In this document: positions 27,873 through 38,264 of the stretch, in pieces
Layout of the letters: each line of letters begins with the position of its first letter
Position numbering within the stretch: position 1 is the stretch's first letter
Origin: an uncultured Candidatus Saccharibacteria bacterium
Lineage (GTDB): Bacteria > Patescibacteriota > UBA1384 > DTJR01
DNA length: 64,000 bases
Direction: 5' to 3'
Assembly (NCBI GenBank): GCA_964487045.1
Contig: CAZAOT010000002.1
Span: 195,511-259,510 of the forward strand
Program-made: the position numbers and the translations under genes
The notes under the pieces: generated by a model
Databases searched by the model: none
Told to the model about the DNA's origin: nothing
The model's input: only the letters and a program-made list of their open reading frames with translations

Positions 27873-28811
27873 TTAACTATGCTTTTTAATCAAACTATCA
27901 AAACTTTGTTTTTCAACATTTTGAGGCATTGAAGATCTTGGGACAACAGTGTATCTCACCGGCTTATCGCTATCCCTGTTTTTCTCAGGAATATGCTTTA
28001 TGACAAGACCCTTTGGCAATTTAAAAGCTAAAAGGAAAACGATGATGTCCTCGCAGAAAGGAAATAAATTTTCCCACATTTTTGATAAATAAGATGGAAT
28101 ATCTAAATCGTTAATTCTTGGTTCAACCCCAATTGGTTGATTCTTTGAGTCTAAGTGGTATTCAATGCAAGGAAGTTGAAAACCCGAATGTTCAATTTGT
28201 GTCCGTACATCAATGAATTGCGAAAACCACTTCTCTCTATCATCTTTAACCATATCAATGAAAAATTTCATTCCTCCACTTGGATTATTTTCTAAAAACT
28301 TTTTACTTTCCTTATCAAAGTCACTGTCTGATTTAAATATAAACGAAATTTTAAAATCTAAAAATTTTGCAAACCTAATTATGTTTTGATTAGCGATATA
28401 ACCTCTGATAAAAAAATCTTTGAACCAAATATTGAGATTGTCATCAATGGATTCATCTACTCTCAAAGTCTGGTTTTCCACTTTTACAATCTCTCCGCTT
28501 TTGATCTTTTGTCGGTGTTGAACAAGAAGGTTTACACACTCTTCCATTACAATTCTCGCTTCAATTAAATTTTGCAGGACTGGTCCATAAAATTTATCAA
28601 ACTCTCTACGATCCTCTTCCGTTGAGAATACAAAATCTCTTATCTCTAAAATCTGCATTCTCATTCTTGCAGTAAATAGATCTTGCGACCCAAGGTCAGA
28701 GACCTTTACTAAAGTATGTAAAATTTTCTGTTCCTTTTTGTTCATACAACACTTTTTATATTTCTTTCCGCTTTTGCAAGGGCAGGGATCATTTCTTTTT
28801 ATCTTTGTCAT
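27873..28811 (-). CDS. SEC-C motif protein with putative HEPN-like domain
   Basis: RNDPCPCKSGKKYKKCC; helical body with RTQIEH (Rx4H). Confidence 0.75.
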   Translation of the reverse strand: MTKIKRNDPCPCKSGKKYKKCCMNKKEQKILHTLVKVSDLGSQDLFTARMRMQILEIRDFVFSTEEDRREFDKFYGPVLQNLIEARIVMEECVNLLVQHRQKIKSGEIVKVENQTLRVDESIDDNLNIWFKDFFIRGYIANQNIIRFAKFLDFKISFIFKSDSDFDKESKKFLENNPSGGMKFFIDMVKDDREKWFSQFIDVRTQIEHSGFQLPCIEYHLDSKNQPIGVEPRINDLDIPSYLSKMWENLFPFCEDIIVFLLAFKLPKGLVIKHIPEKNRDSDKPVRYTVVPRSSMPQNVEKQSFDSLIKKHS

Positions 28812-28931
28812 TTTCAAAAATTATTCTCCTGTCAATATTATTAGCCATAAACCACCAACCATGCAACAAGAGAACTTATTTTATTCAAACATTAAATACG
28901 TTATACTTAGGATAACTTAGGAGGGAATAAG

Positions 28932-30431
28932 ATGTTACCAGAGGAACAATCAAGTGCCAGCGCCTTATTAACAGTAAGTGAAGCCTCGGAAATATTAGGG
29001 CTACATCCCGATACCCTTAGAGATTGGGACAACTCTGGATTCTTGAAATGTATTAGAATCGGAAAAAGAAGAGACAGGCGTTACCAGAGAAATGATATTG
29101 AGAGGATCTTGTCGGAAGGCACCATTCAAAGAAAAACAGACCAAGGAGAGAGACTAAGACTAATTGAAGAGAAATATCACGTTAATTACCCCGAAACAAA
29201 TTCGGCTACATATACAAGTTTAGTTAACTATAGAGCGGACTTAAAAAGCCCCTTTCAAGGATGGTACAACTACAAGGAAGGATATTCTCTTGAGTTGAAT
29301 CACTTGATCTTTCAATATTTCGGCACGAAGGCAGGTGATTTAATTCTTGATCCCTTCTCGGGAAGCGGCACAACATTACTTGCAGCCAAACAGATAGGTC
29401 TCAGATCAGTCGGATATGAAGTAAATCCTTTTTCTCATTTTCTTTCTGTTGTTAAGACTAGAGATTATTCACCAACCGATTTAAAAACAATTAAAGAAAC
29501 CCTCTGCAATTTTAAAAAGGAGTCGCTGAAGAATGTTAAGTTTGACAAACCAAAGTTATCCACAATTGATAAACTATTTAGTTCTGAAACATTATCTGAA
29601 TTGATGGCAATCAGACAATTCGTTGATAACCTCCCAAGCCAAAAAACAAAGGATTTATTTTTCTTGGCTTGGTTGTCGGGTTTAGAAGAACTATCAAATT
29701 ATAGAAAAGCAGGAAATGGACTCAAAATTCGGAAGACTAAGAATCAAACAACACCAGATCCAAAAAAAACAATTATTCAAAAGATTTCATTAATGATTGA
29801 TGACATCAGCTCCCAGACAACAAAGTCATCCAGCAATGATTTAGAGCCAGTTATCTATAGGAAGTCTTCTCTCAATCTTATTGAAGATATAGAGAAAGGA
29901 TCCGTGAGAGGGGTGATATTTTCGCCACCCTACGCAAACTGCTTTGATTACACAGAAATCTACAAAATTGAATTGTGGCTAGGTGGGTTTGTGCACGACT
30001 ATTCCGATCTGAAGGAGTTGAGAATGGAGACAGTAAAATCTCATCTCAACAGGAAATTTGAAAATCATGGCGATCTTGATATTCCAATCTTGGCAAAGAT
30101 TATAGGAGAAGTTTCTAGGTCAAAGATTTGGGATAAAAGGATACCTAAAATGATTCAGGGGTATTTTGAAGATATGGGGCAAGCACTTTCTCAGCTGTAT
30201 TTAACATTAGAGAAGGGAGGGTTTTGCTGTGTGATTGTAAGTAATTCATCGTATTCCGGCATTATCATTCCAACCGATTTAATAATCTCAGAGATTGCCG
30301 AACAAATAGGATTTACTATTAGAAAAATAGATGTCGCCCGATTTATTATAACCAGCTCGCAGCAATACCACACTACAAAGAGATGGGGTAAATATTTAAG
30401 AGAAAGTATAATTTACATGGAAAAAATATGA
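28932..30431 (+). CDS. HTH-fused amino-methyltransferase (likely N4-cytosine)
   Basis: N-terminal MerR/Xis-like HTH (LLTVSEASEILGLHPDTLRDWD...RRY); DPFSGSGTT; FSPPY. Confidence 0.88.
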   Translation: MLPEEQSSASALLTVSEASEILGLHPDTLRDWDNSGFLKCIRIGKRRDRRYQRNDIERILSEGTIQRKTDQGERLRLIEEKYHVNYPETNSATYTSLVNYRADLKSPFQGWYNYKEGYSLELNHLIFQYFGTKAGDLILDPFSGSGTTLLAAKQIGLRSVGYEVNPFSHFLSVVKTRDYSPTDLKTIKETLCNFKKESLKNVKFDKPKLSTIDKLFSSETLSELMAIRQFVDNLPSQKTKDLFFLAWLSGLEELSNYRKAGNGLKIRKTKNQTTPDPKKTIIQKISLMIDDISSQTTKSSSNDLEPVIYRKSSLNLIEDIEKGSVRGVIFSPPYANCFDYTEIYKIELWLGGFVHDYSDLKELRMETVKSHLNRKFENHGDLDIPILAKIIGEVSRSKIWDKRIPKMIQGYFEDMGQALSQLYLTLEKGGFCCVIVSNSSYSGIIIPTDLIISEIAEQIGFTIRKIDVARFIITSSQQYHTTKRWGKYLRESIIYMEKI

Positions 30432-31702
30432 ATAAAGTTGACCTTGAAATAGTGGAAGTAGACGAACTCCCCCTGAACCCAATAAGGAATCGCGTTTACT
30501 CCATTAACTCAAAAAATATCGGTGTATATACACACAGCTTTTTTAAGTATCCCTGTAAGTTTATCCCTCACATTCCAAGATGGGCAATAAAAAAATACCT
30601 TAAAGGCGACGGAGCGGTATTAGATCCTTTTTGTGGGTCAGGAACAACACTTGTAGAAGGTATCATTCTTGGTAAAAATTCTTATGGCATAGATATTGAC
30701 CCGTTTGGAAGAATGCTTACTCTAGGAAAGACCGAGCGATTTTCAGAAAAGGAAGTCATAGAGCTAGAAAAGATTGGTAGGGAAATAGTCAGAAAATCTA
30801 AAGATATGAAATTTGAGAAAAAATATATTCCACCAATTCCAAATATTGAGCATTGGTTTAGTCAACAAAGCATAGAATCTCTTGCCTCCATAAAAAAAGC
30901 TATTAAAAAATATTCTTTAAAAAGTAAATACGAAAATTTCTTTTATATAGTATTTGCTTCAATTATTAGGAAAGCATCTAAAGCCGATGAAGCGTCACCT
31001 AAACCATACATCTCATCCAGATTCGGTAAAAAACAATGCAATGTTTTTGATTTATTTGAGAAATTCTTTGATAAATATCTAATAAAGATTAAAGAGTTCA
31101 GCGCCATTGCCCCAAGAAAAAATATTTCAAAGATTGTCGGAAATGATGCGAGAAAATTCAAAAAGATGCCAGAGTCAATCAGCTTAGCTATAACCTCTCC
31201 CCCGTATATAAATGCATTTGATTATGTCAGAACACTTAAACTTGAAAACTACTGGCTTGATCTTGTTAACGAAGAAAAATTGTTAACGATTAGGTCTAAT
31301 AGCGTTGGCACAGAAACGATAGCTAAGAACGAACGTAATAAGCTTGTAATTAGCGATATTGAATCCAAGAAGCTCAGACACGCAGTAGAGGAGATAGCCG
31401 AGAAGGATAAGCGGAGATCAATCGTCGTAACCAAATATTTTGAAGACCTAGCGCTAAATCTTCAAGAGGTTTATAAGTCACTTAAGAAAGATGGGGTCTA
31501 TGTAATTGTTGTTGCAGATAGTAATATAAGAAATGTAGAGGTTCCAACACACGAAATACTTTGTGAGCTAGGCAAGAAAACTGGTTTTGTGGTTGAGAAT
31601 ATCTTTGCATATGTTATAAAGAACAGATATCTCCGAATTCCCAGAGAGGGACGAGGAGGGTTTATGCATAACGATTGGATAATATGCCTGAAGAAGAAGT
31701 AG
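30428..31702 (+). CDS. Second amino-methyltransferase (likely N4-cytosine)
   Basis: YPCKFIP, DPFCGSGTT, TSPPY. Confidence 0.9.
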   Translation: MNKVDLEIVEVDELPLNPIRNRVYSINSKNIGVYTHSFFKYPCKFIPHIPRWAIKKYLKGDGAVLDPFCGSGTTLVEGIILGKNSYGIDIDPFGRMLTLGKTERFSEKEVIELEKIGREIVRKSKDMKFEKKYIPPIPNIEHWFSQQSIESLASIKKAIKKYSLKSKYENFFYIVFASIIRKASKADEASPKPYISSRFGKKQCNVFDLFEKFFDKYLIKIKEFSAIAPRKNISKIVGNDARKFKKMPESISLAITSPPYINAFDYVRTLKLENYWLDLVNEEKLLTIRSNSVGTETIAKNERNKLVISDIESKKLRHAVEEIAEKDKRRSIVVTKYFEDLALNLQEVYKSLKKDGVYVIVVADSNIRNVEVPTHEILCELGKKTGFVVENIFAYVIKNRYLRIPREGRGGFMHNDWIICLKKK

Positions 31703-33477
31703 CAGTTGACGCTTCACAATCCAGAAGAGAAGTTTGGCTCATACCCAAGCGATGTAACATTCACCAAATTATTGGTATGGTTGATATTCTTGCGACACAA
31801 GATTTCAATGAACGGATTTGGAATCATGGTAAACAAGAAGCCCTAGGTACAAAAATGGGACTTAGAAAACTTACAGATTCGGGTAGATCAATTACTGGGC
31901 AATCTGTTAGAACTTTACTTGCGAATGGGCCTAAGTATCTAGGTTTTGTTTATATTGATGACGGATCAAAAAAAATATTTGTTACAGACATTGGTTTAGA
32001 GCTAATAAGGGAGAATCTTTTACATTCGGAAAATAATAGCAACCTATCCGACTGGGAAAATAATAATCCAATTGATTCTTCGGAAGCATTTAAGAAACAA
32101 CTTTCAAAGTTAATATTAAACAATCCTCTTGTACGTACTGAGACGAATGGTGTATTAGTCTTCCCCTTTAGGAATACAGTAAAGCTCGCTTTAGACCTAG
32201 AATATTTAGATATTGAAGAACTTGCCTACATAGTATTTAGCATGAAATCAGAAGATGAGTATGACTTGATTAAGGAGAGAATAATTAATTTCCGAGCATT
32301 GACCCCTTTGCAAAGAGATAGAGAGATTGAGGCTTATTCCAGAACCGAAGCTGGTCAGCTGACACTAGTTAAAGCCCCATCTGCTGGATATTACATGTCT
32401 TTTTGTTGCGCTTCGGGACTTTTTGAACGAACTCGGGTTAACGCGAATAGGACTAGGCAGCCGCTTGCGGCAATTAAATTGAGAGATCAAGATGGGGCTA
32501 TCGCCCTTGTTGAGAAATACCAAGCGGCTAGAATATATGATTTCAAAGAAAACTTAAAATTATGGATTGAATACTACTCCTCGCCTAATCGTCTCTTTCC
32601 TCCCCACGACATTACAATTAATTTCAAAGCAAATAAAGGCATATCTTTAGTTGAAATTTTTAAGGATGGAGTAGCTGTCGGTGGCGATATTATTGATGAA
32701 AATAATTCCAAGTTAGTCGTACCAATGTTCCCCGATGAACCCTATTCACTTATTGCTTATGATTCTGATGCGAGCAAGAATTATGAAAAACATATCTCTG
32801 TACAGAACGAAACAGGGGATGTTGAAATAGACCTCGGTACAAGCGAACCAACAGCAGAAGTTAGAACCTCCGAAAATATCAAAAAACTTATCCTGGAAAT
32901 GTTTTCAAGTAAAAGTGGCTTTGACAGTGAATATGAAAAAAGATTAAACCTCTTGCTGAGGAGATTATCTTTAAACCGCTTTGACAGTATTAGAAAGGGC
33001 GGACGACTAGAGTTTCTTTTCAGCGAATTACTTGAGCAACTAAAAAGCAATGGTGTTGTAGATTTCGTGAATTGGTATGGGTCAGTAAAACAATACGGTC
33101 TTGCCTACCCCGCACCTGGAGGTCTTAACGGTAACCCTGATATAGTATTCGGGATAGACAATATAACGGTTGTTCTTGAGCTCACCACAATAAGGGCCAA
33201 TGCTGGGCAATGGGCCGGATCTGAGGCCGCTTCTGTCCCTGATCACATTCAAAGATATCAAAGGGAGACTGGAGCAAAAGATAATATTTTAGGTATCTTT
33301 TGTGCTCCTAGCATCAACGACAGAGTAAGGAATAATTTTGCTGCTCACTCCGAAAGGTCCGGAAGAGCTCATATCTGCCTCTCGGTTGAAGAGATGCTAG
33401 AATTGCTTTCCCGGGACAGACAACACATAATTCAAGAACTTAGAGATTTACAAAGTCAGTCTATCTCCAGAGACTAA
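31684..33477 (+). CDS. Type IIS (AlwI-family-like) restriction endonuclease
   Basis: Follows two MTases; PKYLGFV, VFPF, C-terminal APGG..GNPD...LELT...E...VPDH PD-(D/E)xK-type domain. Confidence 0.75.
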   Translation: MPEEEVAVDASQSRREVWLIPKRCNIHQIIGMVDILATQDFNERIWNHGKQEALGTKMGLRKLTDSGRSITGQSVRTLLANGPKYLGFVYIDDGSKKIFVTDIGLELIRENLLHSENNSNLSDWENNNPIDSSEAFKKQLSKLILNNPLVRTETNGVLVFPFRNTVKLALDLEYLDIEELAYIVFSMKSEDEYDLIKERIINFRALTPLQRDREIEAYSRTEAGQLTLVKAPSAGYYMSFCCASGLFERTRVNANRTRQPLAAIKLRDQDGAIALVEKYQAARIYDFKENLKLWIEYYSSPNRLFPPHDITINFKANKGISLVEIFKDGVAVGGDIIDENNSKLVVPMFPDEPYSLIAYDSDASKNYEKHISVQNETGDVEIDLGTSEPTAEVRTSENIKKLILEMFSSKSGFDSEYEKRLNLLLRRLSLNRFDSIRKGGRLEFLFSELLEQLKSNGVVDFVNWYGSVKQYGLAYPAPGGLNGNPDIVFGIDNITVVLELTTIRANAGQWAGSEAASVPDHIQRYQRETGAKDNILGIFCAPSINDRVRNNFAAHSERSGRAHICLSVEEMLELLSRDRQHIIQELRDLQSQSISRD

Positions 33478-33650
33478 TCTTTTTTACGACTCGGAAAACT
33501 CGGTTTTTCTATTGATGAATCAGGGGCATTATCCAAAAAGCTCAAATAGCTCTAATTCCTTTTTTAGTGACTCTATAAACTCTGATTTGTTTTTTTAATG
33601 ACTCAGAAAACTCAGGTTTTCGCTATTACCTGCCGATATCAAACGTTTTT

Positions 33651-34892
33651 TTATAGTGAGGTTATCGTTTCGCCTAGTGGTGTGCTAAGTTGCCATTGAG
33701 GTCCATTGCTAGTTCCCATTTCATTTATCAACCCAAGCTCGTGTTGCTTCATCCAATCTTCAGGCGCTTTATAGGCATAATCTTGGTTTTTAACTAGGTT
33801 CATGCAATATGAAATATCTTTACAATCAGGTGGTAATTTAACCTGACCATCTTTATCTCTAACTTTTCCATAGTTTAGATCCCAGTCAATATATTCTTGA
33901 ATTTTTTCATCGCTATCAAAGAGATGAAAATAAGATGATTTATCCTTAGAATGCATTTCTCGCGCAGCATTTTTAAGTTCATCGTCCGTTGGTTTTCTTG
34001 AAAAAACGATCATTTTCCAAGTCTGCCCAGTTTGTTGATAACTTTTTACCTCTCTATAACTCAAAGCGGTAATTGGAGTGTTGGTAGGCGTTGAAGTTTG
34101 CGTTTTGCTCTGTTCAGTTTGCTTTGGGCTTGGAGTTTCTGTTGGGACTTGAGTTTTGTTTTCTATACTTTTAACCTTAGTTGGTACTTCCTTTGGAATA
34201 TAGTTTATGGCTATATCCTTACTCTCACTTTGATTCCCAGCTTTATCGCGAGCAATAATCTGAAATTTGTTCTCTCCCTTATCAAGGGCAATTCCTTTAA
34301 TGGTAAAGCTATTACTCTTAACCTTAACTTTTTTAATTTCTTTTGTATTTTTTATTACGACAATTTCCGCTTTTGCCTCGGAGCTTCCCTTGATATCTAG
34401 CTTATTTCGCTCCGTGGGGCTTTGTGGCGCTTCAATTGTCAGGGATGGGGATATTGTATCTAAAACCACTGATGCTTCATTGCTCTGCCTGATCCTGCCC
34501 TCCATATTTGTTGAACTTACCATGAGTTTATTTTCGCCTTCTTTTAGCTCTAAACTCTTAAATGAAAATTTGCCCTGATTATCTGCTTTGGCTTCTTCCT
34601 TTAATTCAGAATTGAAATAAATTTTCACCACCGAATCATTAAAAGCATTGGTTCCGGAAATTATAAGCGCTTTTTGATTCGTTGGACTTTTAACCGCATC
34701 TAAGTATGGAATTCCTTTTGCAAATACTGTGAATATTATTACAGAGGCAATAGTTAGAGGAACGAAGATCAAGGAAATGACTTTCCTATTTGAGTAACTT
34801 TTAAGAATTCGTTTAAAAACTAAAGGCTTAATCATTCCAACAATAAATGCTATTCCAAAAATGAAGAACAGCGCCATAAACAATGAGTCCAT
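33651..34892 (-). CDS. Membrane-anchored protein with Ig-like domains
   Basis: Two N-terminal TMs; two L.EGENK.. Ig-like repeats (DKAGNQS); P/T-rich linker. Confidence 0.75.
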   Translation of the reverse strand: MDSLFMALFFIFGIAFIVGMIKPLVFKRILKSYSNRKVISLIFVPLTIASVIIFTVFAKGIPYLDAVKSPTNQKALIISGTNAFNDSVVKIYFNSELKEEAKADNQGKFSFKSLELKEGENKLMVSSTNMEGRIRQSNEASVVLDTISPSLTIEAPQSPTERNKLDIKGSSEAKAEIVVIKNTKEIKKVKVKSNSFTIKGIALDKGENKFQIIARDKAGNQSESKDIAINYIPKEVPTKVKSIENKTQVPTETPSPKQTEQSKTQTSTPTNTPITALSYREVKSYQQTGQTWKMIVFSRKPTDDELKNAAREMHSKDKSSYFHLFDSDEKIQEYIDWDLNYGKVRDKDGQVKLPPDCKDISYCMNLVKNQDYAYKAPEDWMKQHELGLINEMGTSNGPQWQLSTPLGETITSL

Positions 34893-35009
34893 AATATCCC
34901 CCGTTTAAATTAATTTATAGTTGGTCCAAACAATTAGAATGCTATATAATCACTGGTCAATATTCAAGTAGAGGAGTATAAAGTAAAAAGAATTAAAATT
35001 AAAATTAAT

Positions 35010-35660
35010 ATGAAATATTCAACTAGCACAACAGACAAAATCAAGAAGTTGTGCGAATTCATACAAGGACAGATTGAGCTTAAAGGTAAATTCAAAGTTC
35101 AGTTTGACGACACACATGCAGGAATTGCCAATGATACTAAAAATGTTATTGAGCTCTTAAGAAAAAATGAATGCCTGTTCAGAACAGTAGAGAAAAGGAC
35201 AATAGTATACCCAGAGAACTTTAACGAAGAACATGATTTCTTTACTCTTGAGATAGATCCAATAAAATTTAACAACTATATCAGAAATGAACTACGTATC
35301 CTTCCTCCAAGTATTGAAAGTATTGGTGAAATTAAGAAAATAGAATATCTGGAAAATTTCAGATCATTTTCTTTAAATGATAGAAAAAGTGAAATTCAAT
35401 TAAAGGGCGGAAAAAAGATTGCTGATATTCTTGAGCTCCTATGGAAGAATAGAAGAGTATCTAGAAAAGGTAGGGTTGATCCACTACGAATTGGAGAATT
35501 TTATAATATTGAACCTCTTATGCAAAATAGCAGAACAGTAAGTACAGAAGCTTTGCTCAGAAGTATTGGGAGGATTAATACTTTCTTCGTAGAAAACTAT
35601 CTACCAATGAGAATAGAAAGTAAGAATCAAGAAAAGTTTCGCCTAGAGATTAATTTTTGA
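35010..35660 (+). CDS. Hypothetical protein, possible C-terminal winged helix
   Basis: 216-aa ORF inside the island. Confidence 0.65.
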   Translation: MKYSTSTTDKIKKLCEFIQGQIELKGKFKVQFDDTHAGIANDTKNVIELLRKNECLFRTVEKRTIVYPENFNEEHDFFTLEIDPIKFNNYIRNELRILPPSIESIGEIKKIEYLENFRSFSLNDRKSEIQLKGGKKIADILELLWKNRRVSRKGRVDPLRIGEFYNIEPLMQNSRTVSTEALLRSIGRINTFFVENYLPMRIESKNQEKFRLEINF

Positions 35661-35788
35661 CAAGCGTTAGACAAAATTGGACAAAATTGACAGAGTTTTA
35701 GATTGAAGTTAGGGTGTGCTAAGCCGCATACGCTGAATCGTCTATTTTGTCTTATTCTGTAAAGCTGCCTGCGTGGTAATTTTATTCT

Positions 35789-36031
35789 ATGAATGAGAAT
35801 AACAATTACTACAAATCTTCCGACCTTGGCTGTTCAGCGGCATTAATTACTGCTGGTTTTGAATTAATGACGATAGAGAAAAATGACCCCAAGAGGGTTA
35901 TTTTTGTTTTTGATATATCAAAAGAGATACAGCTTTCCGCGGAAGACTATTTGTCTGACAGATTGCAGGTCAGTGCCCGAAGATATTTTGAAAATCTACG
36001 AGTTCTTAAAAGCAGAATTTACGCAGACTAA
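35789..36031 (+). CDS. DUF5659-like small element protein
   Basis: SSDLGCSAALITAGF...RVIFVF...LKSRIY pattern. Confidence 0.65.
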   Translation: MNENNNYYKSSDLGCSAALITAGFELMTIEKNDPKRVIFVFDISKEIQLSAEDYLSDRLQVSARRYFENLRVLKSRIYAD

Positions 36032-36040
36032 AAATAAAAA

Positions 36041-36208
36041 ATGAAACTGCAACAAAATCAAACTAATCAACGCGAACTTTCAATGGAAGAATTGGAAGAC
36101 CTTTTCGCAGCCCAACTAGCAGAGATTTTTGTTGAGCAGATTTTAGATGAAGAAAAAAATAAAGATGAAAATTACCAATGGACGAGTACGAACTTAAGTC
36201 AAAGCTAA
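36041..36208 (+). CDS. Small acidic protein (55 aa, not in ORF track)
   Basis: MKLQQNQTNQRELSMEELEDLFAAQLAEIFVEQILDEE...; fills the gap between co-oriented genes. Confidence 0.5.
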   Translation: MKLQQNQTNQRELSMEELEDLFAAQLAEIFVEQILDEEKNKDENYQWTSTNLSQS

Positions 36209-36564
36209 GAGGTTATTTCAATTTCCCGAGATCACTTATTATTGATTTAGCTACAAATAATATAACGCCTGATCAATTTACTCTATTTACTGTTTTTCTA
36301 GGACTAGCTAGCTGGGACAGTAGAGGAAAAAACTATGCAACTATAAATACTTCTAATCGCGAGATTTCCAAAATACTCCACTGGAATAGAAATAAAATCG
36401 GGCTTAATAAGGGGTTACTATTTGGCCGCAAATATATTGATTTACTAAATGGAAAAAACCGCCAACTCAAAATAAGAATCAATAACCCTGAGCTATTTTA
36501 CTCAAAAATTACAGGAGAAGTGTCCAAGACGAGAGCCACTAAGGTTAATCCAAGGCCCACTTAA
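36178..36564 (+). CDS. HTH protein resembling a replication-initiator N-terminus (possibly truncated)
   Basis: YFNFPRSLI...SNREISKILHW HTH-like segment. Confidence 0.5.
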   Translation: MDEYELKSKLRGYFNFPRSLIIDLATNNITPDQFTLFTVFLGLASWDSRGKNYATINTSNREISKILHWNRNKIGLNKGLLFGRKYIDLLNGKNRQLKIRINNPELFYSKITGEVSKTRATKVNPRPT

Positions 36565-36713
36565 CAGATTAAATTTCTTTATTTAATTTTCTTTGAAGAT
36601 AGCAATGTATTAATGAGAATAAATATTTTAATAATAAGGAGGCAAAAATGTTAGAATTGTTATAGAAGCAATAAAAAAAGTATAAACACTGGATAAATAA
36701 TTAATCAAAAAAA

Positions 36714-38264
36714 ATGAAATGTTTAATTTACTCACGAGTTAGTACCGAAGACCAAGCAGAAAAGGGACGATCAATTGGTGACCAAATCAAAATGTGCAAA
36801 AGATATGCTGATGACAACGGCTATCGCATTATAGATATATTCAAGGATGAAGGAAAAACTGCTACAAATATGAATCGGGCAGGGCTACAAGATCTAATCA
36901 TTAAATGTCAGGAAGAAAAGGATATAGCTTGTGTACTTGTACAAGACACGGATCGTCTTGCAAGGAACACATCCGATCATCTCCAAATAAAAGCGATTCT
37001 GAAAAAAGCAGGAGCAAGGGTAATCTCTATTAGCCAACCAATGCTTGATGACGAAACCCCCGAGGGTCAATTTATGGATTTGGTTATTGCAGGGGTAAAT
37101 GCCTTTCAGTCAAAAATTACAGGAAGAAAGGTGAGTAAATGCATGAAAGAGAAATTTCTTGAAGGTGTGTGGCCTAGCTGGGTAACCGTTGGATATATTA
37201 ATGACGATATCGGAACTCTAGAAAAACCTATGAATGTAATCTCAGATGATAAATTCAAACAGCCACTTATAAAGGAAGCTTTTAGATTATTCTCAAAAGG
37301 AATCTATAGCGTGGAAGAAGTCAACGACATAGTCTTCAAAAAGGGCTTAACCGGAAGGCATGGAAAAAAGATGTCTCCATCAGAGCTAAATAGGGTATTG
37401 AAAAACCCTTTTTATTTTGGATTGATGCGGTGGAACGGATTGGAAAAAATGGGTACGCACACTAAGATCATTACTAAATCTCTATTTGACCAGTGTCAGA
37501 ATGTTTTTATTGAACGCAATATGATGGCTAATCGTGAAAGAAAACATAACTTCCTATTAAGAGGTTTTGTCTACTGTGGAACTTGTGGAAAAAGATTGAC
37601 CGCTGAGTATCATGGCTCTAAATTTTATTACCATTGTGCTTCAAAACTTCATAGCAACAAAGGACAAAATTTTGATGGGGATACTACCGAAGCGAGAATT
37701 GAGCAATTGTTTGACCAACTTAAGTTACCAGATGACTTTACAAAAAAAGTATTTTCAAAAGCGGAGGAAATACTTAAGAATTCGCGTGTTGAAGTTAACC
37801 AGACAAAAAGAACTCTTAATGCACAAAAAGCAAAATTAGAAACAAAGAGAGACTCAATTGAAGATAGATTACTTGAAGGAGTAATTACCTCTGATGTATA
37901 TGTAAGGCAACATAATAGCGTTGAGGAGCAAATAAAAAATATTGAGAAACAGCTTGATGACGCAAATCATAATAAAAATGAGAATATAAAAGTTTTTGAA
38001 AAATTGATGTTTTTATCTGGAAATTTAGGAGAAGCTTACCGACTAGCTAATCCAAGAATCAAAAGGCATTACCTAACAATATTTTGGGATAGAATTGAAA
38101 TCAAAAATCATAAGATAAAAAAAGCGGTCCCGACAAAGACCTACTTAAAATTATTTCCTGGCATGAACTATAACAAACCTGAAAATTTGGTTGCGAACCA
38201 TAAAATTATAAAAGAACGAAATTGGAGGGCCGAGTGGGATTCGAACCCACGACCAATTGCTTAA
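36714..38264 (+). CDS. Large serine recombinase (resolvase + recombinase + Zn ribbon)
   Basis: YSRVSTEDQ, DRLARN, LKNPFYFG, LRGFVYCGTCG...YYHC; last codons are the tRNA-Lys antisense. Confidence 0.95.
   Translation: MKCLIYSRVSTEDQAEKGRSIGDQIKMCKRYADDNGYRIIDIFKDEGKTATNMNRAGLQDLIIKCQEEKDIACVLVQDTDRLARNTSDHLQIKAILKKAGARVISISQPMLDDETPEGQFMDLVIAGVNAFQSKITGRKVSKCMKEKFLEGVWPSWVTVGYINDDIGTLEKPMNVISDDKFKQPLIKEAFRLFSKGIYSVEEVNDIVFKKGLTGRHGKKMSPSELNRVLKNPFYFGLMRWNGLEKMGTHTKIITKSLFDQCQNVFIERNMMANRERKHNFLLRGFVYCGTCGKRLTAEYHGSKFYYHCASKLHSNKGQNFDGDTTEARIEQLFDQLKLPDDFTKKVFSKAEEILKNSRVEVNQTKRTLNAQKAKLETKRDSIEDRLLEGVITSDVYVRQHNSVEEQIKNIEKQLDDANHNKNENIKVFEKLMFLSGNLGEAYRLANPRIKRHYLTIFWDRIEIKNHKIKKAVPTKTYLKLFPGMNYNKPENLVANHKIIKERNWRAEWDSNPRPIA

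Larger units (their letters stand above)
27666..38264. mobile_element. ~10.6-kb integrative defence island at the tRNA-Lys 3' end
   Basis: 19-bp direct repeat TTGGAGGGCCGAGTGGGAT at 27666-27684 and 38222-38240; serine recombinase at the tRNA end; R-M cargo. Confidence 0.8.

Noticed and set aside
33484-33621. CRISPR array
   Set aside because: Repeats too degenerate and irregularly spaced; no cas genes; no array seen anywhere in the window
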